From Octopus vulgaris (Eukaryota): a stretch of 64,000 bases of DNA. The position numbers and the translations under genes were made by a program. Location: assembly GCA_951406725.2 (NCBI GenBank), contig OX597817.1:8928001-8992000 (forward strand). Reading direction: 5' to 3'. Below, piece after piece: positions 40,706-54,583 of this stretch. Within the stretch, counting starts at the first letter, position 1. Each line of letters opens with the position of its first letter. The notes beneath the pieces were generated by a model that did not search any database, was not told where the DNA came from, and saw only the letters and a list, made by a program, of their open reading frames with translations.

Positions 40706-41588
40706 GTACGTATGCGCGTCAGTTCGTGTACCCAACTACAGGCGCCTTTTTCCGTATGTATGTATATATTGAGATATTTATGTATGTGAGCATATACGTA
40801 TGTGGGTGGGTAGACGGGCGGACTTTACATATGTGCGCGTGAGTATGTATTTGTCACGAGAGTACGTATGTATGTATGCGTGTGGATGTGTATACGTGTG
40901 TATATGTATGCGTGTATATGTGTATATGTATCCATGCGTGTACGTATGTACATGTTGACCACTAGACAATTTACGAGCAAATAGATAAACGGTTTAGCCA
41001 CAAACCAGACAACCGTAATTAACCATATACTGGATCTCCAGACTTTCTAGTTGATTTATGACACCCGCCGTTACGCCCATAGGCTTCTACAACCAGAATA
41101 TGTCATCTTCCTGACCACCTTGTTAGTTCTTAACCACTTTATATCCCTTATCCTTATATTCTTTTATATATATATATATTTTATATCCTTTTATATTTTT
41201 TTAATATATTTTTATATTTTTTTAATATTTTTTAATATTTTAAAAATATTTTAAAATATTTTTTATATTTCTATATTTATACTTTTTATTTTTTAATATT
41301 TTTTTATCTTTCGTCCTTAATTCTCGCTCCTTTATCTTTATCTCTATTTATTTATATTACCAGGTTTTTTCACGTCTGTGTGTATTTATATATATATTTA
41401 TTTATTTATTTATTTATTTATTTATATTACCTCAACATCCAAACTTCCTCATCCTACACTGAGTGAAAGACGGGATGGACCCTTCGATTTTGTGTTGGTG
41501 CCCCACTATGTCGTACGCGACTGTGAGGATTTGCATCCCCAACGTAGAATTTATGATGTAATACATGTCCTTGAAGTAGTAATTGTGC

Positions 41589-41666
41589 GCGGCTGAAGAA
41601 GGCCATAGACACACATTATGCATTGTTATAAATCCGTCTAATAAAGGCCCGAAACATATGTACCGC
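41589..41666 (+). ncRNA. Type I hammerhead ribozyme with 51-nt stem II
   Basis: GCGG CTGAAGA AGGCC...GGCCC GAAAC ATAT GTA CCGC. Confidence 0.8.
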
Positions 41667-41967
41667 TGAATCATTGGCATCATGTTTTTATTTTGATTAA
41701 TATGTATGTATATATGTATGTATGTTGTATGTATACATGTATGTATGTATTATGTATGTATGTATGTATGTATGTATGTATGTATGTATGTATGTATGTA
41801 TGTATGTATGTATGTGTGTATGTATGTATGTATACATGTATGTATGTATGTATACATGTATGTATGTATTATGTATGTATGTATGTATGTATGTATGTAT
41901 GTATGTATGTATGTATGTATGTATGTATGTATGTATGTATGTATGTATGTATGTATGTATGTATGTA

Positions 41968-42410
41968 CGTGTTCTCATGCATATCGTTGCATATCTAGTC
42001 ATGCTCATATATATGTAAATGATAAACTTCTAGAAAGTTTTACAGATTTTTACAGTTCCAGTGATGGATTGGATCAGTTGTCTTAGAATTAGCTTTCTCC
42101 TTTCTGGCTTTGAGAAACCTAATTTCTCAGGATCGGTACTTAGACAGTGTGTTACATATCCCAGGGTCCCAATTATTACAGGTATAAACCTGAACTTGAA
42201 ATCTGGCTAGAGTGTCTGTAGATTTCTCAATAGTTCAGCATAAATATTCTCTTTTTCACTGATCTTCAGCTTTGTGTAAACATCCGCTTGGCAACTAATT
42301 TCCACGATTGTACACAGTTACTTTTTCCCTCCCCAAATTATTATATCAGACCCGTTGTGCTTACATTTTATTGAGGTTTCACTAGAACATTCCACCAGTA
42401 CTCCTTTTTA
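41968..42410 (-). pseudogene. 3' end of an RLE-type (R4/Dong-like) LINE
   Basis: EYWWNV..KHNGSDIIIW..IVEISC..KISEKENIYAELLRNL..FIPVIIGTLG..ITGTVKICKTF. Confidence 0.85.
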
Positions 42411-42471
42411 TTATGAGTGGCTATGGCTTCCACCATACATATGTATGTCTGTACTTATATTTATGAATGCA

Positions 42472-42508
<37 letters not shown>

Positions 42509-42510
<2 letters not shown>

Positions 42511-43136
42511 CAATAATAATTCTCTAAATGAGATATAGACAGTAACTGCTCCATAACATAAGGGACTAAAGCCATCTGAATATGGCTAGGGACAGGGCAG
42601 GGTGGTGGGGGTGTTACTGTTGCATTTAGCTCCAGGTGAACATCAACGTCGCCAGATAGGCTTGACACCATCACGGCGTCCTCTATCCTGCAAAGGGAGA
42701 TAATTCCCCGATGAAGCGGAAACCACACACGGACCTAGGTTTCAAGGTGTTTGCCTAGTTGTTCGTCGAGGAAGCGGTTGCCTACCATACGTTGATAATA
42801 TCTCATTTAGAGAATTATTATTGCTGTCGAACAGATTTTCGAAATCAGCAAATGTATTTTGCTTGAAAATCTATATAAATATCCTGCAGAGTGAGTTGTT
42901 CGTCGAGGAAGCGGTTGCCTACCATACGTTGATAATAGGCAAACACCTTGAAACCTAGGTCCGTGTGTGGTTTCCGCTTCATCGGGGAATTATCTCCCTT
43001 TGCAGGATAGAGGACGCCGTGATGGTGTCAAGCCTATCTGGCGACGTTGATGTTTGCCTGGGGCTAAATGCAACAGTAACACCCCCACCACCCTGCCCTG
43101 TCCCTAGCCATATTCAGATGGCTTTAGTCCCTTATG

Positions 43137-43140
<4 letters not shown>
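42509..43140. repeat. Foldback element: 205-bp inverted, 44-bp direct and 28-bp inverted repeats
   Basis: 42553-42757 vs 42936-43140 (inverted, 3 mismatches); 42757-42800 = 42894-42937; 42509-42536 vs 42798-42825 (inverted). Confidence 0.92.
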
Positions 43141-43172
<32 letters not shown>

Positions 43173-43476
43173 GCATGTGCACACAATATATGTGTGTATA
43201 TGTATGTATATATATCATGTCTGAGTGTGTTCATGTATGCATATATATTCTTTTAATCTTGTATTTATTTCAGTCATTTGAATGTGGTCATGCTGGATCA
43301 CAATCTTGAAGGGTTTTTAGTCGAACAACTTAGCCGGACCGCTAAGTTACGAGTACGTAGACACATGTATGTGTATATATGTATATATATATATGTGTAT
43401 ATTTATTTTATTTTATTTTATTTTATCAGTTTCAGCTCACGAGCTGTATGTAAAAATATATGTATGTATACCCCTC

Positions 43477-43515
<39 letters not shown>

Positions 43516-43576
43516 ATTCCTGGCTTTCACCCAGCCGGCCGGTTTTTGATTCCCGGTATGGGAACGTGTTATTTAT

Positions 43577-43743
43577 AGGCCCAGGCGTGGGTGTGTGGTA
43601 AGTAAGAAGCTTGCTTTCCAACCACATGCTTCCGGGTTCAGTCCCACTTTGTGGCACTTTGGCCAAGTGTCTTCTACCTTAGCCTCGGACCGACCAAAGC
43701 CTTGTACATAGATTTGGTAGGCGGAAACTGAAAGAAGCTTGTC

Positions 43744-43792
<49 letters not shown>

Positions 43793-44022
43793 TGTGTGTG
43801 TGTGTGTGTGTGTGTATTTGTGTGTCTATGTTTGTCCTCCTCCTCACCATCGCTCAACAATCGATGTTGGTGTGTTTACGTCCCCGCAAATCAGGTTCGG
43901 TAAAAGAGACCGATAGAATGAGTAACAGGCTTAAAAAGTATAAGTCCTGGGATTGATTTATTCGACTTAAGGCGGTGCTCCAACATGGCCGCAGTCAAAT
44001 GACTGAAACAAGTAAAAGAATG
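43577..44022 (+). mobile_element. SINE family 1
   Basis: Full head, body and tail. Confidence 0.9.
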
Positions 44023-44059
44023 AAAAAATAAAATACACACACATACACACACATATACA

Positions 44060-44102
<43 letters not shown>

Positions 44103-44432
44103 CGTATCTGCGATTCTTGTAAATTTCAATAACAATCTGTTCCTCTACACGATATGACAGTCACTATGTTTTTACTCAGACTTTCCTCTACATGATATGG
44201 CAGTCACATTGCCTCTTACTCGGATTTTCAGAAATTTTGCATGACTGTATCCGAAAATTTCTTCATACAACTTGATCAAATATTCAATATGAGCTATATG
44301 TAGACATGCATAAATTCTATAGGTTTAAAACCTTTCATCGGATCTCCATGAATCGAACTTTCTTCAATGCAGTTAATCTTACAACCTCTTTTGTATCTAC
44401 ACCTTTTGATGTTTGGGAATTCTCTGATATTT

Positions 44433-44520
44433 TTTCGGCTGACGAGTACGAGCCATCTATATTCACTGCATTTTTTGTAGCTTATTAAAGATGTCCTCGT
44501 ACGAAACGATCGTACCGAGA
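44433..44520 (+). ncRNA. Type I hammerhead ribozyme with 57-nt stem II
   Basis: TTTCGG CTGACGA GTACGAG...CTCGTAC GAAAC GATC GTA CCGAGA. Confidence 0.88.
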
Positions 44521-44740
44521 TTTTAATCCATTCTTGTTGCTTTTTTCCTATTTGTAATCACCCCACTTGTCGTATGGTTAACACCATATAGATTTCCGGT
44601 GCATCCTAGTTAAGGACCATCTTCATGTGAATTCTTTAGAATTCACTAGAATCTCAATTACTTAACCGAATATATATATATATTACGGAGATGTACTCGC
44701 ATAGCAAGTAACTTGATCTGAGATCGTGTGCTGAAACGAA

Positions 44741-44910
44741 AACAATTGCAGCGTGGAAGGTGTTTATAAGAGCACGGACTTTGTCAGTGAACAGGTCGCG
44801 GATTTTAGCGACGAAAATATTTTGACAAATTAAACTTAAATGTTGGAGTGAATCGAACGGCTTTTGTGTGTTTCTTAAATGGCTTATAAACACCTTCCAC
44901 GCTGCAATTG

Positions 44911-44912
<2 letters not shown>
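44741..44912. repeat. Perfect 30-bp inverted repeat in a (TA)n-flanked insert
   Basis: AACAATTGCAGCGTGGAAGGTGTTTATAAG (44741-70) and its reverse complement (44883-912). Confidence 0.9.
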
Positions 44913-44961
<49 letters not shown>

Positions 44962-44962
<1 letters not shown>

Positions 44963-45362
44963 CTTTTATCTTTTATCTTTTATTTGTTTCAGTCATTTGA
45001 CTGCGGCCATGCTGGAGCACCGCCTTTAATCGAGCAAATCGACCCCGGGACTTATTCTTTGTAAGCCCAGTACTTATTCTATCGGTATCTTTTACCGAAC
45101 CGCTAAGTGACGGGGACGTAAACACACCAGCGTCGGTTGTTAAGCAATGCTAGGGGGACAAACACACACACACATACACATATATATATACATATATACG
45201 ACAGGCTTCTTTCAGTTTCCGTCTACCAAATCCACTCACAAGACATTGGTCGGCCCGGAGCTATAGCAGAAGACACTTGCCCAAGATGCCACGCAGTGGG
45301 ACTGAACCCGGAACCATGTCGTTGGTTAACAAGCTACTTACCACACAGCCACTCCTGCGCCT
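44962..45362 (-). mobile_element. SINE family 1
   Basis: Full-length reverse-complement copy. Confidence 0.9.
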
Positions 45363-46396
45363 ATATATACGGAACAAATAATCCAGGAGAAAGTATTAGT
45401 GAAGATATTATTGACTCTATTATTATCTGGTCTAACAATTGAAAATGATAACAACAGAATCATAAATACATTGGATATTGCAAGCTCAGAAACAGAATTA
45501 AATAGCTGAACGATTAAAATTAATCGAAGGACAGAGTAACTATGCCTACCATACAAATGAATGCGAGTGGCACTCACCACAGTTTGTAAGGGTCACATGT
45601 ATTATATAGTAACAATTTGACGAGTCTGCGAATCTTTAAGTCGCATAAATCAAACTGTTATTAAATGAAACACGCACGCACGTATTCACACACTCACACA
45701 CACACACTCAATACATTCTTAATTTATTTAAATTTCTCCCGCAAGTAGAGAAGGAAAACAAAAGCCTAGTGATAATTTTTAAAAGAAAACACTGAACGAG
45801 AAGATAAATTATAAATATGCTCAAGATTGAATTAATGTGCTCAGGGAAAAGGAGAATCTGGTCTTTGTTTCGTAGGCAAGAGATAGCTATGGACATGTTT
45901 TGACTTCGATTTAGCTTTATCATTAGAACATTGTTCTTATTCGACTCCCATCAGTTTGAGTCATTTTGGCATATACAATAATAGCTGAAGAAATAATTTG
46001 CATAATATAGCTAAAAGGAGCAAAGAGAATATAACACGAAGACGGAAAATGCATAAATTTGGATAGTGAAATCGACGTGGGTGTACTGAATACCATATAC
46101 GATAAATTCTTAATTTTAAAAGAATCTATCTCGCGAACAGAAAAAAAAAACAAAATCTAAGCAGCAACGTTAGTAACGTTGAATGAGAAGGGGAGATAAT
46201 TTGAATCAGTTATTAATAAATTCACGATTAAATTAGCATACTCAAGGAAAGAGGACAATTTAGTTTTCCCTTTATTTGAGTGGAATCAAGATGATTCAGT
46301 CCATGGTTAAACACCGTTTCTTTAACCCATGCAGATATCTACTGTCAGATCAGATCTCTTTATAATGTTGAAATTCCACTTGTATATTCTCAGTAA

Positions 46397-46799
46397 TCTT
46401 TATATATAAAAGTGAAGTTGTGTGAGTGTCTGTCTCCTACGATTTAGATTCCTAACTACTCCCACATTTTGCGGTGCAGTTTAACTAAAACCGGGTATCT
46501 TATAGTCGTGATTCATATCGAGCCCTTCTGGGTATTAGCGCGCGTCTACGATGAGTCTACGATTTAAAAAAAATTACCATCATTTGTTTTCCATTTTAAT
46601 GCATTTTTTCGCTATTATATAAGGGAAGTAACTCTCTAAAAATGTCTACGATGAGTCAACAATTTAAAAAAAAATTTACCATCATTTGTTTTCCATTTTT
46701 AATGCATTTTTTTGCTATTTTTTTTGGCTATAACTCTCTAAAAATGCTTATATAGTTATTTCCCTTACAAACCCGAGCAACGCCGAGCGATACTACTAG
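46397..46799 (+). mobile_element. Non-autonomous Helitron
   Basis: A|TC...CCCGAGCAACGCCGAG..CTAG|T, no target duplication; homolog of 16388-16795. Confidence 0.88.
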
Positions 46800-47054
46800 T
46801 TAGACTATACATTTGTACATCAAGAAAGCATAAGCCAATCATGACAATATTGAAATGTCTAATACGCTACTCCTGATCGATTTCGCCTTTTCCCTTCTAC
46901 TGAGATCAATAAAATAAGAGCTGGTGACGATATATATACTATACATAGTATATATCCTACTTCAAAGCGACACACCAGTAAGGCCATAATGGAGTGACTG
47001 ACAGCAAGAAAAGAAGGGAGCGTACTTTGTTTAGTTTATTGAAAAACATTTGCT

Positions 47055-47765
47055 CTACTGATATTTATATTTTCGATACTTATGCTGGAAAAGCGACGGT
47101 TTTGTGTGAACCATATTGATTTCAGTAGAGTTTGAAAGTGTGAATATTGATCTAAGGATGGGCTGTTTAAGTCGCTTCTCATTCGATTTGAAATCATATA
47201 CAGTTAACTAAATTCCGTAAAGGAATTTAGATCAGTATTTATCGTTTAAACCGTCGGTTTTAAGGCAGCTTGTGTATGAAGGAAACTGATAACGCGTTGT
47301 GTCGACTGCAAATATACACCAGGAAACAGTTTTAAAGAATTTGAAACTCGCAACGTTGTCGCTGCCTTCGCACAAGCCAACCCAACTCTTGTCCTGGTTG
47401 AAAAGTTAAAAAAAAACAAGATGTAAACAGTTGTCTGTACGGTTTCATTACAAGGGTTTTTTTTTTCTCTTTTTAATCAGGGCGGAAACGGGAAGTAGAG
47501 CTGATCAGAAGAAAAAAAAAGGTCATATGAAACAGCAACGGAAAATGTAGTAGAGATGGGATTCAGGTATATCGTATGCGCCAGTGGTGGTGGTGGTGGA
47601 ACTGTGCGCTGGTGTATGGTGACAGGCAAAAATACCACAAAAGTTTTTTTCTCTCAAATTTTACTGGTTGAACCATCTGTATTGTATCTCTTACATTATG
47701 TACTTAACACTGGGCGTACTTATCTACTTAGTTGACAAATTACAAGGCGTAGAGGAATTAAAATT
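47055..47765. repeat. Diverged local duplication, copy 1 (copy 2 at about 49915-51030)
   Basis: Colinear identical islands, e.g. TGCAAATATACACCAGGAAACAGTT and GGGCGGAAACGGGAAGTAGAG. Confidence 0.85.
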
Positions 47766-47824
47766 TCCTGATTAAACACAAATATGTATGCGTACATGAG
47801 TCTCGAGGTGTATGTGTACATGTG

Positions 47825-47884
<60 letters not shown>

Positions 47885-47934
47885 TAAATATATGAAAGAA
47901 TGGAGTTGAACGACGAATTAACAAAATTCCTTTA

Positions 47935-48017
47935 TTTTCGACATATGTTCCGAACGCTGCATATTCCTAATTGGGAAGGAATAAGGAGTATATTATGCCG
48001 CTTTCTCATCAGGAAAA
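47935..48017 (-). ncRNA. Hammerhead motif with 54-nt stem II and GAAA to GGAA change
   Basis: TTTTC CTGATGA GAAAGCGGCATA...TATGCAGCGTTC GGAAC ATAT GTC GAAAA. Confidence 0.7.
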
Positions 48018-48150
48018 GCAAGGAACTTATGTCAACATCAAGATGCACAAAAAACTTTTAGATGACTGCTCACACGGAGCCCATAGTGATAAAATTATCC
48101 ATAACAAGATAATTCATTCAACTACTCAAATATATATATATATATATATA

Positions 48151-48256
<106 letters not shown>

Positions 48257-48399
48257 AAGAATAAAAATCACGTCAATAATTTTTATCAGATAGTCAGCAT
48301 GCTATAACAATTTATAAGCAATTTATACATTAAATTAATAATAATATACATATGCATATAATTATATTAAGGGAGCAAGGCCGAAAACGACCTATCTCC

Positions 48400-48772
48400 A
48401 GCATATTTGAAGTGCTGATACCTTCAAAGTTTATAGTTTGCTTTCTTTCTCAATTAAGACTATGTTTGGCTTCCTAGTCTCTATCTCATGGTCGCACTGA
48501 ATCATAAAATCCCACAGGATCTTTGCATTATCCTTTTCGATGATGCCTTAGGGTTTGTGGTCGTGCCAATTTTTTGCTCTGTCAAGTCCATTCTTGTTGC
48601 AGAGTGTCCAATGGACAAGCCTTGCTACATTGTCGTGGGGTCTCTTAGATTCCTTCTGGGTTAGTAGCGTACGTTGGCTAGTAATATGCCATGCGATTTC
48701 ACCATTTTGTCCACAGATTCCGCACTTATCACTTTCTGATGTGTTGTCTATTCTGTATTTTATGTAGTTTTT
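48400..48772 (-). pseudogene. R4/Dong-like LINE fragment (zinc knuckle region plus start of RLE)
   Basis: KNYIKYRID..DKCGICGQNGEIAWHI..RPHDNVARLVHWTLC..WHDHKP*GIIEKDNAKILWDFMIQCDHEI. Confidence 0.88.
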
Positions 48773-48816
48773 TGTTGTTGTTGTTGTTGTTGTTGTTATT
48801 ATCATCATTATTATTA

Positions 48817-48917
<101 letters not shown>

Positions 48918-48918
48918 G

Positions 48919-49472
48919 AGTGAGCGAGCAGAGCATGCCATCAAAGTGACACTGGGGTAAAATATACGAAGCCCAATATACCCATCATGACTACCCGTCT
49001 GATAAGGGTACACTAGGCACATGCATCACAACCATATGTGCGCGACATGGTGATCTCATATCAAGATAAACAGTACATGACCTTGCAGGTGGGGCCCAGT
49101 TAAAAATTTCTTCAGGTTGAGTAGCCCATCCCGCTCAAAAGGTCCCTGAATAAGGGTTGTTTAAGGATGTTGAAAGAACCACCCATGTTTCCAGAGGTGA
49201 ATTATTCAAACCCCAAAGAATCCCTCTCAACACATGGCTATGATGCTCCCCCACTACTTCTGCTCGTGATCAGAGATGCACATATCATCAGCCACTAAGG
49301 GACATGCTCAACTGGTTATGGTTAAACAACTGACAAGCAAATCTGTGGTATTGAGCAGAATATTTGCTGTAGCCCATCTTTTATACCAAGACAAAACAAT
49401 GTACATGATAACACTTCCAATCAGTTAAGATCAGAAGCCATGAGAGCCACTGCCTGGTACTGCATCAGGGCA
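48919..49472. mobile_element. About 550-bp non-coding element embedded in (TTA)n
   Basis: Sharp boundaries against (TTA)n tracts at 48796-48918 and 49473-49658. Confidence 0.6.
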
Positions 49473-49530
49473 TTTATTATTATTATTATTATTATTATTA
49501 TAAAATTTATTATTATTATTATCATTATTA

Positions 49531-49597
<67 letters not shown>

Positions 49598-49609
49598 CAT
49601 TATTACAAA

Positions 49610-49659
<50 letters not shown>

Positions 49660-49970
49660 GGTCGGTGGATGGCAGAATCCCTAGAGTGTTTAGAACGTTC
49701 GTTGAGTACCGAGTGTAATTCTTGTCTCGACCAACTTTATCTTTCACCTTTTCAGGATGGATAAAATAATCACGAAGTTAATACTAGGTCCAATGTAATC
49801 CACTAGGGGATTCAATCCGCCTTCCCAATCCACTACCAGAGTAATTGATTGAAACCTCTAAAATAATGAAGCGTTAAAGATATATGGAATGTTCATGATA
49901 TATAAGTATGTATAATATTACTGGTATTTCTATTTTCGACGGTTCTGATGGAAAAAAAATTAACAAACAT

Positions 49971-50378
49971 AGGCGCAGGAGTGGCTGTGTGGTAAGTAGC
50001 TTGTTTACCAACCTCATGGTTCCGGGTTCAGTCCCACTGCATGGCACCTTGGGCAAGTGTCTTCTACTATAGCCTTGGGCCGACCAAAGCCTTGTGAGTG
50101 GATTTGGTAGACGGAAACTGAAAGAAGCCCGTCGTATATATGTATATATATGTATATATGTGTGTGTGTGTGTTTGTGTGTCTGTGTTTGTCCCCCTAGC
50201 ATTTCTTGACAACCGATTCTGTTGTGTTTATGTCCCCGTTACTTAGCGGTTCGGTAAAATAGACCGATAGAATAAGTACTGGGCTTACAAAGAATAAGTC
50301 CCGGGGTCGATCTGCTCGACTAAAGGCGGTGCTCCAGCATGGTCGCAGTCAAATGACTGAAACAAGTAAAAGAGTAAA
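49971..50378 (+). mobile_element. SINE family 1, inserted in duplication copy 2
   Basis: Full-length copy; both flanks align to the 47055-47150 region. Confidence 0.9.
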
Positions 50379-51097
50379 CGTTTACTGTGTACTATATTGA
50401 TTCTAGTGTAGTGTGAATACGTGAATATTGAATAAGGGTTGGAACGTTGAAGCTGATACTCCTCGCGTGATTCGAAATCATAAAACAGCTAACCAGATGC
50501 CGTAAAGGAATTTCAAATCAGATCTGTATCTATCGTTCGTGGCGCGTCTTCCAAAGTAGTCTGGGTGTGAGGCGAAATGATAATGCTATTGTGTTGAATG
50601 CAAATATACACCAGGAAACAGTTACGAAAAATTTTAAACACGCAGCATTGACACTACTGTCGCACTAGAAAACTAACTGTTGCCCCCGATAGAAAAATAT
50701 GTAAGCAGTTGTCTATATGGTTTCATTACAGGAAAAAAAAGGGGCGGAAACGGGAAGTAGAGTTGATCAGTGAAAAGGTCATATGAAAGAGGAATGAAAA
50801 AATGTAGAAGAGATGGGATTCAGGTGATATATGTACGTGCTTTTGTAATGTTGACAGTGGAGGCGGTGGGGATGCATGCAACAAGTATGGTGATGGGCGA
50901 AAATGCCACGAAGTTTTCTGTCGAATTTAACTCGGTGAACCATCGGTTAAAGTGCCTCGGTGCTATGTACCTACATTGGGGCGAACGTAAGTATTCGACG
51001 AGTTGCAACGAGAAGAGGAATTACAATCTGTTGTTGCTGAGTATTTTATGAGTGTATTGCTGTGTGAACCTATAGAAAATTTTTGCAATATTTATAA

Positions 51098-51226
<129 letters not shown>

Positions 51227-51863
51227 GTTTGTCTGTCTGCGTGTCTGTGTGTCGCTGTATTCAGTCAAACCAACAACTTAACAGTAGTTGGGCTCTACAG
51301 ACCACCCCAAACGCCCCTACCATGCTTCAAGGAATGCCTCAACAGCATAAAGTGTTTCATTCAGCAGTGTCAACCTGACAACATTTTAATGATGGGAGAC
51401 TTCAACCTTCCCGGGGTTGACTGGTCTACAAACAGTCTGCCGCCAGGTTCTTCTTTCTCAACCCCTGACAGGGAGGCAGTGGAATCGCTTCTTGACTTCA
51501 TGGATGACTTCTTCTTGTCCCAACTGGTACTCGAACCAACGAGATGTCACAAAAACGTCTTAGACTTAATTTTCAGCAATCACACTGATACTATCCACAA
51601 TATTGCAGTGGAGAAAACCCTGCTCTCCGACCATGACATGGTTCTCTGTGATCTGAGATTTCACTGGCCAAAATGCAAAACAAATGTCATCCCTCCTGTT
51701 CATCCATTTGACACTATGGATTTCCACAATGCAAACTGGGAAGCGATCAATAATGATCTTGCACAAGTCGATTGGTCCTTCACGCACACATACACACCCA
51801 CTAACATCAAAAAGTCCTGGCAGTCACTTGTAGACACCATCACGAACATATGTGCAAGACACA

Positions 51864-54583
51864 GATGTGACAGAGGAAAAAGGCGAGGTGGAGGTGTTGC
51901 TGTGTATGTTAAGTCTGAGCACAAACCGTCCTGCGGTATTCTACCCACAAATGCTCAACCTACAACAAAATTCGATGCCGTCTATTGCAAGCTGAGCCTA
52001 TCTGAGTTTTGCCTGCCCGTGTTGGCTGTCTACAGGCCGCCTCTAGCCGACCCCCAGGACGATGCTCATCTACTCGAAGCGATAAGATTCGTTTCAGCTT
52101 CGCATGACTGCTTGGTACTAGGCGACTTCAACGCTCCCACGATCGATTGGCCCGCATCAATTTGTACAACATCTTCCCGGTTCGGCCAGGCCCTTCTTGA
52201 CGTGGCTGAAGATTGTTTTCTATCGCAACATGTTGAATATCCGACAAGGCATCGGTCTGGGCAGCAGCCATCTATGCTAGATCTGGTATTCTCCCGCTAT
52301 CCAAGATCAGTGTCAGACGTATCTGTGTGCGCCCCTCTTGCCAAGAGTGATCATGCGGTCCTGAAGTTCGTCATGCACACAACTTTTTCTACGCCCACGA
52401 TTACTTCGCTGCCACGTAGAGTCTTCTCTGCAATTAATCTTGAAATTCTAACCGAGGCTTCCGCGCTTCTGGACTGGCGATCCCTGATGACGTTGTCCTC
52501 AGTTGACGAACTATGGTCATCCCTCAAAGCATATGTAATCTGTTTGACTGACCAGGCAGTTCCCGTTGGGCTTCCCAAGAGGAAGAAACACAAGCCCTGG
52601 GTGACGAAGAAGGTTAAACGAGAACGTCGACTCAGAGATATTGCTTGGGCTGAATTCAAAAATCTGGATTCGACTGCAGCTTTTGAGGTGTAAAAAAACT
52701 CAACGAGACCGAGCCGTGAAAATTGAAAAGAAAGAACGCTTCAGTTATGAATACAAAATCGCAGCAAATGCCAGTAGCAATCCAAAAACCTTCTTTGCCC
52801 ATGTCCAGCGGAATTCCCGCTTGAACAACCAGATTGCAACGTTGGTAGACTCAATAGGCGTATCGATTGAGGACCCTTATCAACAGAGTCAATTATTTGC
52901 CGAGGCTTTTTCAACTATTTTCAAACAAGATGATGGTCGTGAACCCCCTCCATTTGATAGATCGGTACCTCCAATGCTTCGATTGGTCATCACGCGGGAC
53001 GAAGTCAAACGTGTTATTCAAGGCCTCGATGTCAACAAGGGTCACGGCCCTGACGGCATACACCCACGGGTTATCAAAGCGTTGGCTCCGGTCATCTGCG
53101 AGCCCTTAACACGACTATTCAATATGTCATTGGCGACATATTCAATATGTCATTATACCTGCAGACTGGAGAACAGCGATAATCTGCCCAATTTTCAAGA
53201 AAGGGAGCCGCGAAGACCCGCTTAACTACCGACTGGTTTCCTTTACATCAATAATCAGCAAAATGTTCGAAACCATCCTTAAGAAAAGTATGATGCTCCA
53301 CCTCCTAAACACAGCCTCGATCACTGATTCCCAACACGGCTTCGTGCCGAAGAGATCATGCTTGACCAACTTACTAGTAATGGAAGAATTGGTGACGCGC
53401 ATCCTCGATGATAGTGATGCTGTTGACATCGTTTTATTGGACTTTGCCAAAGCTTTTGACTCGGTAAACCACCGCCTACTACTTGTCAAGCTTCAAGCAT
53501 ATAGTTTCTATCCGGATATTGTACGATGGGTTGGTGCCTTCCTCTCAGATCGCTCCTTCCAAGTTCAAGTTAATGGTTCGCGGTCCGACGTCTCCAGTGC
53601 GAGCAGTGGCGTGCCTCAAGGTTCAGTGCTTGGGCCCTTGTTGTTCTTAGTCTTCATAAATGACTTGCCCGACGACCTCACGCAACACACCCTTCTATTT
53701 GCAGACGATATCAAACTGGTCGCTCCTCGCGGTAGTATAGAGGATCTTCGTCGATGCCTCCACCAAATTTGGAAGTGGTCTAACGATTGGGACCTGTGTC
53801 TGAACGTGTCAAAGTGCTGTCATCTGCCTGTCGGCTCTACTCCTGCAACTCAACTTGATTTCGAGCCGGGTCGTCTGCTGCTGGAGAGGACCGATCAGGT
53901 AAAGGACCTGGGTATCTTGGTGGATTCCTCCTTTTCGCCTTCGGCCCAGTGCGTCCATGCTGCCAACAAAGCGCGCGGAATTCTGTTTTTGATTCGACGG
54001 TCATTCGGAATGCTCACAGCAGCCATATTCCTACCACTCTATGTCACGCTGGTGAGACCCATATTGGAGTATGGGATTCAAGCCTCTTCTCCTTATCTCC
54101 TCAAAGACATACAGCATCTCGAAAGAGTCCAGAGGCTGGCTACCCGCATGGTTCATGGTCTCAAAAATTTGTCCTACGAAGAAAGGCTGAGGACGCTCGA
54201 CCTTTATTCTCTTGAAAAACGCCGCCGCTGTGGTGATCTCATTCTCGCCCACAACATCATAAGCGGGAAGTGTAACCTCTCGAAAGAGCTGTTCTTCACT
54301 CCTGCTCCGGAGCGTCGGCTGCGGGTCATTCCGAAAAGCTCTACCTGCGACGATTTCATCTCAATCGAAGGAGAGGAGCTTTCTCCGTCCGGGTTGCAGA
54401 TCCGTGGAACAAGCTGCCAGACGAGATGGTGAAGATGCCGACGACCGCTTTGTTCAAAGCCTCCCTGGACCTCAAGTGGCCTGAACTCTTTACATGAACA
54501 CCACCCTGTACTTAACTCCATGTCCCCCTACATGGCCTTGCTATTTGCTTTTGAGCCAAATTAATTAACTAACTAACTAACTA
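51864..54583 (+). mobile_element. Inner CR1-type LINE (5'-truncated APE plus RT)
   Basis: DRGKRRGGGVAVYV, YRPP, GDFN, SDH, DFAKAFD, GVPQGSVLGP, FADD; stop at 54495-97, (TAAC)n tail, ACACA duplicated at 51859-63 and 54584-88. Confidence 0.93.

Noticed and set aside
44140-44230. Two-copy 43-bp tandem repeat
   Set aside because: Simple diverged tandem duplication with no spacers; not CRISPR-like. No CRISPR or prokaryotic system is seen anywhere in the window.
47300-47426. Peptide CKYTPGNS shared by both duplicated blocks, vaguely CAP-domain-like
   Set aside because: Frames contain nearby stops and indels in both copies; no other CAP motifs.
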